Positions 6,488 through 12,353 of a DNA stretch of 12,353 nucleotides are shown in pieces. Made by a program: the position numbers and the translations under genes. Source of the DNA: Candidatus Bathyarchaeia archaeon (GTDB lineage: Archaea; Thermoproteota; Bathyarchaeia; TCS64); assembly GCA_050014495.1 (NCBI GenBank), contig JBEKDF010000056.1, positions 1 to 12,353 on the forward strand. Reading direction: 5' to 3'. Numbering within the stretch: the first letter of the stretch is position 1; the number at the start of each line of letters is the position of its first letter. A model generated the notes under the pieces. The model made no database searches. It saw only the letters and a list, made by a program, of their open reading frames with translations, and was not told the DNA's origin.

Positions 6488-6805
6488 TCAGAAGAATAAG
6501 TTAATTATATCAAAAATAGCCATCGATGCTACCGCTATGGCCAGCACAATGAATTCTACCCGACCTTCACCTTTCTTCGTTATCATAGCGAGGCTCGCTG
6601 GGATTGGAACCGTGACGAGCATCCCAGCCAAGTTGAATAGGACGTGACCACGACCTTCGACCACTACACTTGGTGAAAGCCCTATTAGCTGAACGTTGAG
6701 GATTGTCAATCCCTGTGCATAGGCGACCGCCAAGTGACCAAGCTCATGTAACGGGATGAGCAGAACGAATAGGGCGAAGTAGCACAACCACCACATTCTG
6801 GACAT
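6488..6805 (-). CDS. Small membrane protein with an HExxH motif (M50/zincin-like metallopeptidase)
   Basis: LIPLHELGHLAVAYAQG lies in a TM context, followed by LAGMLV and a C-terminal AIFD. Third gene of the integrase operon. Confidence 0.7.
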   Translation of the reverse strand: MSRMWWLCYFALFVLLIPLHELGHLAVAYAQGLTILNVQLIGLSPSVVVEGRGHVLFNLAGMLVTVPIPASLAMITKKGEGRVEFIVLAIAVASMAIFDIINLFF

Positions 6806-6806
6806 T

Positions 6807-7043
6807 TCATTTCACCGCTATGATAAATTCTAGACCGCACTTAGGGCACTTGGCCCTTCTTGTGGAGGCATGATTCAGGAGGTTGGTGTTAATACGCCAC
6901 ATGGGTTGGAGCCCATCCCACTTGATTGAAGAGAAAAAATCCAACGTGTTTTCCACATCTATCTCCCGGCCCATATGTTTGTTGGGGCATAGGAGCTTGT
7001 AGACGCCTGAGTTGAGCTTAATCTCTAAGATCGGGACGCTCAT
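6807..7043 (-). CDS. Small zinc-finger protein (CPNKH...CPKC)
   Basis: 78 aa. Its start overlaps the integrase stop (ATGA), and its stop is 1 nt from the next start. Confidence 0.7.
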   Translation of the reverse strand: MSVPILEIKLNSGVYKLLCPNKHMGREIDVENTLDFFSSIKWDGLQPMWRINTNLLNHASTRRAKCPKCGLEFIIAVK

Positions 7044-8341
7044 GCTCTCACCGCCTGATCTACGAGTAGTTCGCCGAGCCTCTTCTGACGGGCCTCATAA
7101 TCAGATTGGTTGAAGTTTTTCGGAACCAGGACTGGCGTACCCTCTGCAGCAGGCAGCTCATCAGTATGTTGAATCTGAGCCCTTAGCTCAGAGACTTCGG
7201 TCATCAGAGATTTCACGGCGTTAATCCATTCGGCTTGCTCCTGCTGTGTCTTGGCGATGAAGGTATCGTGTAGCTGATTCATCTCAACCTCAAGTTTAGC
7301 GTTCCTCAGCTCGTAAGCCCTAATCCGAATGTCGATCTCGTTGTTCTGCTTCTCCGCTTTCTCTCTAAGATCGATGATGGTCTTTGAGCCTGCGAAGATA
7401 CTCAGGTGTGGTTCAGCTTCGAGGTATCCCTTCTCAAGGAGTTCCTCAGCCTGATCAAACCGAGCGTAGATCGCCATCAGCCCGCTGGTGTGGCCCATCA
7501 AAGCTTCCGGTATGTCGGGATTCGTCCACTCGCCACGAGTCCTGAAGTATTTTCGGAGGTTGTGGGGCCTAATGGTCATCCGCCTTGTGGCGGAATCGAT
7601 CTTGAGTAGTTTCGCCCTCTCCAGAGCTTCACGCCAGAGGAAGAGATATGTGTCTGATCCGAAGGGGAAGATTCGGTCGTCCTCAGGGTCGAAGGGCATA
7701 CCACATCTAGCGGAAGCCTGTCGGAGGTAGTCAAGGCGAAATCCCAACCATTCCCCGAGCAGGCTCTTAGCCTCATCGGAGAACAGGACGAATCTTTTCC
7801 TCTTAGTCTTCGTTGTCTGATATCTAAGATTGAGCCTCGGTGGCTTACGGTCAAGCTCCATGTCTCCGAGTCTAAGTTGTAGGGCCTCCCCAACCCGCAT
7901 CCCAGATGAGGCGAGTACCAGCGTCAGGGTCTTGGCGCCGATTGGCATGAACTCAATGATCCTAGCCAGTTCGGCTGAGGTCGGTACGTGTTCTTCGCTT
8001 ATTGCCTCGTCAGCCTTGCCCAGGAGGTTCCTAGTGAAGTTACGGCTGAAGGTGATCTCGTTATCTTGGAGGTACCGTAGGATAGCAGAGAATCTGGCCA
8101 TCGTCGTCTTCGGTGCATCGTCTTTGGTCTGGTCTCGGAATCTCAGAAGGTCTCCCCGGAAGTCCCGAGGAGTTGAGACGTATTGTAGACTGAATTCGTC
8201 ATATCGTTTCTCGTCATCGCTTTTCTTGAGTTCTGGGTAAAGGGTCCGAAGGTAGCACCGGATGATGCTCTTGTAGAGGTTATGTGTGCTCTTCATCTGG
8301 TATTGGGCCAAGAATTGGCTGAGGTTGTACTTCTCGGTCAT
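7040..8341 (-). CDS. Tyrosine recombinase/integrase with a C-terminal coiled-coil extension
   Basis: Catalytic set present: SSGMRVGE (R), TTKTKR (K), HNLRKYF (HxxR), LMGH (H) and AIYAR (Y). A ~120-aa helical tail follows. Confidence 0.95.
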   Translation of the reverse strand: MTEKYNLSQFLAQYQMKSTHNLYKSIIRCYLRTLYPELKKSDDEKRYDEFSLQYVSTPRDFRGDLLRFRDQTKDDAPKTTMARFSAILRYLQDNEITFSRNFTRNLLGKADEAISEEHVPTSAELARIIEFMPIGAKTLTLVLASSGMRVGEALQLRLGDMELDRKPPRLNLRYQTTKTKRKRFVLFSDEAKSLLGEWLGFRLDYLRQASARCGMPFDPEDDRIFPFGSDTYLFLWREALERAKLLKIDSATRRMTIRPHNLRKYFRTRGEWTNPDIPEALMGHTSGLMAIYARFDQAEELLEKGYLEAEPHLSIFAGSKTIIDLREKAEKQNNEIDIRIRAYELRNAKLEVEMNQLHDTFIAKTQQEQAEWINAVKSLMTEVSELRAQIQHTDELPAAEGTPVLVPKNFNQSDYEARQKRLGELLVDQAVRA

Positions 8342-8342
8342 G

Positions 8343-8385
8343 TAATTATTATATTGGTAGTGTTATATAATTGTTATTGGTAGAG
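8343..8385 (-). promoter_or_regulatory. Integrase promoter: TATA box flanked by direct repeats
   Basis: TTATATAA at 8363-8370, 22 nt from the ATG at 8341 (leaderless spacing). TATTGGTAG occurs at 8352-8360 and 8375-8383. Confidence 0.6.
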
Positions 8386-8413
8386 TCTCAAATAAGATAG
8401 AACTTATAAAAGA
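8386..8413. other. Candidate att core site (11-6-11 imperfect palindrome) overlapping the rpl21e TATA box
   Basis: TCTCAAATAAG-ATAGAA-CTTATAAAAGA. The arms match at 8/11 positions, including the inner 5. TTATAAA at 8404-8410 is the probable rpl21e TATA. Confidence 0.4.
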
Positions 8414-8474
8414 GTGTGTTGATTAAAGGTGGTGCTCAGCCGGGGGCTATACCGCCGGAGATGGGGCGAATATA

Positions 8475-8768
8475 ATGGGAAAGAGTCAAGGATTACGCAG
8501 AAAGAGTAGAGCTGCCCTCACAAAGAAGGTCAGGGAGCGTGGCAAGATTCCTCTAACGAGGCTCCTGACAGAGTACAAGGAGGGTGAGAAGGTCATCATA
8601 AAGATCGACCCAGCCATACACAAAGGCATGCCCCACAAGAGATTCGCGGGGCAAGTCGCCACGGTAGTTGCCAAACGCGGGAAGGCATACGTCCTGGAGA
8701 TCCCACAGACGAAAATAGTAAAGACCATCATAGCACTACCCCAGCACATAAGGAAGCACGTGGACTAA
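8475..8768 (+). CDS. rpl21e: 50S ribosomal protein L21e (eL21)
   Basis: SQGLRRKSR and IKIDPAIHKGMPHKRFAGQVATV motifs. Known synteny with rpo4 and DUF655. Confidence 0.97.
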   Translation: MGKSQGLRRKSRAALTKKVRERGKIPLTRLLTEYKEGEKVIIKIDPAIHKGMPHKRFAGQVATVVAKRGKAYVLEIPQTKIVKTIIALPQHIRKHVD

Positions 8769-8781
8769 GGGGTCAAATGCG

Positions 8782-9108
8782 ATGTCTGTAGTTGAGAAGA
8801 AGGAGATAACCGTCGCGGAGGCGAAGGCGCTTTTGGAGGCGAAGGCCGAGGAATTGGATCCTCTCCAACGTAGGGTACTCGACTACACGGTTCGCTTCGC
8901 GAAGACGGGAAGCGCTGACTCGGACAAGCTTGTGGCCGAGCTGATGGATAAGGGCGAGATCGATAGGCAGCTGGCTGTTCAGTTGGCAAATTGCATGCCA
9001 GGTAGCATCGCGGAGATCCGTACATTCCTGGGTCGCCAGAGGATCATATCCGAAGAGGCCGTAGGCAGTATTCTGACAATAATTAAGAAATACAGGGTCA
9101 CGCCATAG
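8782..9108 (+). CDS. rpoF: DNA-directed RNA polymerase subunit Rpo4/F (Rpb4 family)
   Basis: ITVAEAKALL, QRRVLDYTVRFAK and AVQLANCMPGSIAEIRTFL motifs. Directly follows rpl21e. Confidence 0.93.
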   Translation: MSVVEKKEITVAEAKALLEAKAEELDPLQRRVLDYTVRFAKTGSADSDKLVAELMDKGEIDRQLAVQLANCMPGSIAEIRTFLGRQRIISEEAVGSILTIIKKYRVTP

Positions 9109-9130
9109 TTCCTTAGAGACTAGCCCGGGT

Positions 9131-9727
9131 GTGAATATTTTGTATAGGGATCAGAAGAAGTACGAGGAGTACGCCTACGTTTTAGATTACCTCGAACATG
9201 GCCGTCCCGGGGCGCCGAGGACCCCACACTCCTCAAGTGGGGTTATCCAGATGGTCGGCGAGTCTTACTTCACCCTACTAGAAGCTTCTCCGAAAATTGA
9301 CGCTGAATACAATCCCCGCGATAGGATATTTGTAGGCAAGGGCGACAGGGGTCTCGTCTCCCACATCATAGGGAGAGTCACTTACTCCGAACTCACCAAC
9401 TCAGCGAGGGCCGAGCTGCCGGGGGTAGTAGAGATAATTGTTAGGGCGAGTGAGCCATTCTTCGTCAACTTCTTTAATACAAGTCAGTCCGTCACGCCTC
9501 GGATGCACAGCCTCGAGCTTATCCCGGGTATAGGGAAGAGGTTAATGTTCCAGATCCTCGATCTCAGGGAAAAAGCCCCTTTTACAAGCTTCAGGGACAT
9601 CGAGGAGAGAGTCAATTTAAAGGATCCAGCGGCACAGCTCGCCAAGAGAGTCCTTGAGGAGCTCAGCCAGGAGGAGAAGTACCTCCTCTTCACTAGGCCA
9701 AGCGCCGACCATGTCTATCAGCAGTAA
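9131..9727 (+). CDS. DUF655 family putative RNA-binding protein
   Basis: YEEYAYVLDYL, GESYFTLLE, FFN...TPRMHSLELIPGIGK and FTSFRDIEERV motifs. Known rpl21e-rpoF-DUF655 order. Confidence 0.93.
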   Translation: MNILYRDQKKYEEYAYVLDYLEHGRPGAPRTPHSSSGVIQMVGESYFTLLEASPKIDAEYNPRDRIFVGKGDRGLVSHIIGRVTYSELTNSARAELPGVVEIIVRASEPFFVNFFNTSQSVTPRMHSLELIPGIGKRLMFQILDLREKAPFTSFRDIEERVNLKDPAAQLAKRVLEELSQEEKYLLFTRPSADHVYQQ

Positions 9728-9772
9728 CCGCTGACTATCTTTTTAACCCTGAGGGGTATTTTCTCTCCCTGA

Positions 9773-10120
9773 TTGGTCTTGAGGCCCGACGAAGAGATCG
9801 GGGAGCTCAGGAAGGAGCTTCAGAGCTTCCGCACTGAGACGCAACAGAGGCTCGAATTGATATAGGGTGAGGTCACGAAGCGGGTCAGCCTGAACTACAA
9901 CAGGGCGATCGTCGATTACCTAAAGCGCGCGGTCAACTCACAATGCTCCAGGAACCGATTGTCCCAGTCTGGAAATAATATGATAGAAATGCTCGATCCT
10001 GTAGCCATGGAACAGGGTGTTCTCATCCCCGTCGTCCATAGGGTGCGACTGCAGGTCATGCTCAGCATCTTTAAGGGGGGAGAACACGTCGCTGACTTCA
10101 CAGCTGCAACCCACAGTTGA
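9773..10120 (+). pseudogene. Decayed ArsR-like winged-helix regulator
   Basis: One frame from TTG at 9773: MVLRPDEEIGELRKELQSFRTETQQRLELI*(TAG 9863-9865)GEVTKRVSLNYNRAIVDYLKR...LDPVAMEQGVLIPVVHRVRLQVMLSIFKGGEHVADFTAATHS*. The 'LxPxxHxxRLxxxxxxxxG' segment resembles an ArsR start, but the frame stops before the recognition helix. Confidence 0.6.
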
Positions 10121-10226
10121 TTAATTTACGTTATCACTTATATTGTAAAATATTTTTCCGAGTCCACATGTTGTGGAGAGCCATTATGTTTTTAAGAATC
10201 CTGATGTGCATGTCTGTGGATAAACC

Positions 10227-10727
10227 TTGAATGCCAGGAACTTCAGAAACCCGGATCGCATGGCTTACACGCGGCGAAAGTTCATGGGCGGCATCCCCGG
10301 AAGCAAGATCGTAAAGTTCACCATGGGTAACACGGGCAAGAAGTTCCCGATGAGGGTGGAGCTCGTAAACCTCGAGCATGGTCAGATCAGGAACAATAGC
10401 CTCGAGTCCGCCCGAATAGCCGCCAATAGGCAGCTGGAGCTCCAGTTAGGCAAGGACCTCTATATGATGAAGGTGGTACCATTTCCTCATATAGTGCTCA
10501 GGGAACACAAGAGGATTAACGTCGCCCAGGCTGACCGTTTCCAGGAGGGAATGAAACGCCCATACGGCAAACCCACCGGTACCGCAGCGCGCGTGAAGCG
10601 CGGCGAGTCCCTGATCGTTATCGAAGTCGAACAGGAGGGTGTCGAGGTCGCGAGGGAAGCTCTGAAGAGGGCGATGGACAAGTTCCCGCTACCGAGCAGG
10701 ATCTTCGTCACAGAGAACACAGAGTAA
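10227..10727 (+). CDS. rpl10e: 50S ribosomal protein L10e (uL16)
   Basis: AYTRRKFMGGIPGSKI, QIRNNSLESARIAANR, FPHIVLREHK and ADRFQEGMKRPYGKPTGTAARV motifs. Confidence 0.97.
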   Translation: MNARNFRNPDRMAYTRRKFMGGIPGSKIVKFTMGNTGKKFPMRVELVNLEHGQIRNNSLESARIAANRQLELQLGKDLYMMKVVPFPHIVLREHKRINVAQADRFQEGMKRPYGKPTGTAARVKRGESLIVIEVEQEGVEVAREALKRAMDKFPLPSRIFVTENTE

Positions 10728-10932
10728 GTAAAGTCTTTTCGACTAAATCTTCTTAGATTTTGCCATCTTCCAGTGGAATAAGGCACAAATCTTAGCTGTT
10801 ATTATTAACTATTCGATGCTGCCAAGCGTTTTTTAGTTGTAGTCTAACTGTTTGTACATTTTGATATATTGTTCCCAGAGGCATGCTCCTTCCCGGAGCC
10901 TATTTTAACGTTACAACCCATCTTCTTTTTGC

Positions 10933-11934
10933 ATGTACGAGCTCGAGCTTGAGAAGGTTGCAACTGAAATTGGGAAGCGCGGTGCTAGGAGGATTCTACT
11001 TCAGCTTCCTGATGGTATGCGCCCGTTCGCGTTTCAGATGGCGGAATATATTCAAAAAGCCACCTCAGCCGAGGTGATTATTAGCGGTGACTCCTGTTAC
11101 GGTGCCTGCGACCTCGCTTCTAGGCAGGCAGTAGAGCTTGGCGTCGAACTGCTGATCCATTACGGCCATACATCCTTCGTCACCGAGGTAAGCATCCCCG
11201 TTCTTTATGTGGAGGCGAGGATACCGATCGATGTCTCGAAGATCGTTGAGGCGATTCTCCCGAGCATTGAGGGTTGGGGGAAAGTCGGTTTGACGAGTAC
11301 GGTTCAGCATACCCCCCAGCTTAGGGAGGTAGCTGAGGAATTAGGTCTGAGGGGGGTTAAAGCATTCATCGGTGAAGGAGCGGGGATAACCCCCGAGGCA
11401 GGGCAGGTCCTCGGGTGCAGCTACTCCGCAGCCACTAGACTTCCGGAGGTCGTCGATGGCTACATTTTCATAGGCGGTGGGAGGTTCCACGCACTCGGCC
11501 TCGCCTTGGCAACGGGGAAGCCAATCGTCGTTGCCAACCCCTATAACTGCAGCGTCACGAGGTTCGACGAGTCGGAGCTCATGCAGCTCGCAAAGAGAAG
11601 GATGGCGGCTATAAATGCAACCAGAACAGTGAAGACGATCGGAGTGCTTGTAAGCTCCAAACCGGGGCAAAGCGCCCTCACCGAGGCCATGATCATCGCT
11701 GAGAAGCTTAGGAACATTGAAAAGACCTCCTTCCTTATCTACCTTGACGAGGTTCGAGCCGAGCAGTTAAACAACTTCACCGAGCCTGAGGTCTTTATCG
11801 AGACCGCTTGCCCCCGCATAGCTATAGATGGAGTCGCTGGGGTCGAACGCCCGATACTCACGACTGTCGAGGCACGCATCCTTCTCGGGGAAAGGACTTG
11901 GGAGGAGATGTGGGGACCCGGCTACCTCGGTTAG
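10933..11934 (+). CDS. dph2: Diphthamide biosynthesis enzyme Dph2
   Basis: LQLPDG, CYGACD, HYGH, STVQH, GQVLGC, GGGRFH, SKPGQ and ACPRI motifs, including the three expected Fe-S cysteines. Confidence 0.96.
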   Translation: MYELELEKVATEIGKRGARRILLQLPDGMRPFAFQMAEYIQKATSAEVIISGDSCYGACDLASRQAVELGVELLIHYGHTSFVTEVSIPVLYVEARIPIDVSKIVEAILPSIEGWGKVGLTSTVQHTPQLREVAEELGLRGVKAFIGEGAGITPEAGQVLGCSYSAATRLPEVVDGYIFIGGGRFHALGLALATGKPIVVANPYNCSVTRFDESELMQLAKRRMAAINATRTVKTIGVLVSSKPGQSALTEAMIIAEKLRNIEKTSFLIYLDEVRAEQLNNFTEPEVFIETACPRIAIDGVAGVERPILTTVEARILLGERTWEEMWGPGYLG

Positions 11935-12038
11935 GAAGCTTCACCAATCAGTTTATTAAAAAGCGGGAGCATAACAGGACCGGTCCCTAGTGGATTAGCT
12001 CGTAATGTAACGGTTGCCAACGTAGTAGGTGTGAAGAA

Positions 12039-12353
12039 ATGTCTAAAGCAGGAAACGTCAAAAGGAAGGTCTTCCCTGGCGATGAACTCGCAGTAATCGA
12101 GGAATACAACGACGGGGAGGGCAGTTACCAGGAGGATGGGCTGGTCCGCTCTGAGGAACTCGGTGAGACGAGGCTTAATAGAGAGAAGAGGGCGTTAGAG
12201 GTTAAGAAGGTAACAAAGCCCCTCAACCTACCACTTGAGGGTGTCGTCGTCATTGCAGAGGCTGGCTCTGTCACCCGAAGGGACGCTCGAGTAGATATCT
12301 TCCGCATCGATGGTAAGAAGATAGAACCCACTTATACTGGAGTTATCCACATA
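12039..12353 (+). CDS. csl4: Exosome complex RNA-binding protein Csl4 (partial; missing from the ORF track)
   Basis: Manual translation: MSKAGNVKRKVFPGDELAVIEEYNDGEGSYQEDGLVRSEELG...LPLEGVVVIAEAGSV...YTGVIHI. AGGTG ribosome-binding site upstream; follows dph2. Confidence 0.92.
   Translation, partial: MSKAGNVKRKVFPGDELAVIEEYNDGEGSYQEDGLVRSEELGETRLNREKRALEVKKVTKPLNLPLEGVVVIAEAGSVTRRDARVDIFRIDGKKIEPTYTGVIHI

Larger units (their letters stand above)
1..8413. mobile_element. Right part of an integrated genomic island carrying a tyrosine integrase; left end lies outside the window
   Basis: An intact tyrosine recombinase directly abuts the conserved rpl21e operon. Leftward are short genes in mixed orientation with varying base composition, a truncated gene and no housekeeping genes. 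The right boundary is inferred, not proven. Confidence 0.75.

Noticed and set aside
7406..8240. Alternative-frame and antisense ORFs inside the integrase (likewise 1518-1787, 2980-3204, 3402-3641, 4627-4902, 4930-5115, 5314-5574, 5771-5992 and those overlapping the housekeeping genes)
   Set aside because: They overlap better-supported genes and have no motifs.
1..8341. Classical integron or CRISPR array
   Set aside because: No RYYYAAC...GTTRRRY attC series was seen, the genes alternate in orientation, and there are no regularly spaced repeats.
8433..8458. RNase P RNA 3' remnant (CAGCCGGGGGCTATAC)
   Set aside because: It lacks the conserved AA of ACAGAA, and no other RNase P regions are present.
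9863..9865. Pyrrolysine read-through of the in-frame TAG
   Set aside because: The same frame is also truncated before the HTH is complete, so decay is the simpler explanation. No pyl genes are visible.
9925..10594. GCGCGCG 7-mers at 9925 and 10588 as extra junction motifs
   Set aside because: They are shorter, lack the ARAA tail and lie in GC-rich coding sequence.
11960..12038. tRNA or sRNA between dph2 and csl4 (palindrome GGACCGGTCC)
   Set aside because: No cloverleaf or TTCRA T-loop. It is consistent with a promoter plus leader of csl4.

Overview
Archaeal DNA, most likely Bathyarchaeia. This is inferred from the archaeal-type ribosomal, RNA polymerase and exosome genes and from paralogous 'MVDxQTIGVLVTA..VAAIYY' DUF4760-like genes. 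The right third (8475-12353) is a housekeeping run: rpl21e, rpo4/rpoF, DUF655, a decayed wHTH regulator, rpl10e/uL16, dph2 and csl4 (partial). The left two thirds (<1-~8400) look like the right end of an integrated island. It carries an intact tyrosine integrase operon (integrase, Zn-finger protein, HExxH membrane protein) transcribed divergently from rpl21e, with no tRNA at the junction. Beyond it lies a mosaic of short cargo genes: a trypsin-like protease, DUF2061, a PD-(D/E)XK nuclease, membrane proteins, a Zn-ribbon protein and two DUF4760-like genes, one of them truncated. Four non-coding signals stand out. (1) A ~125-nt end-paired structured RNA candidate at 736-861 with a correctly spaced TATA box. 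(2) A GCGCGCGCGA(A/G)AA motif present three times at cargo junctions, one copy exactly where a gene is truncated. (3) A TGAGGATAAGG promoter block at a fixed 32-33 bp before three genes, one of which is not homologous to the other two. (4) A tyrosine-recombinase-like 11-6-11 palindrome overlapping the rpl21e TATA box, a candidate att site.
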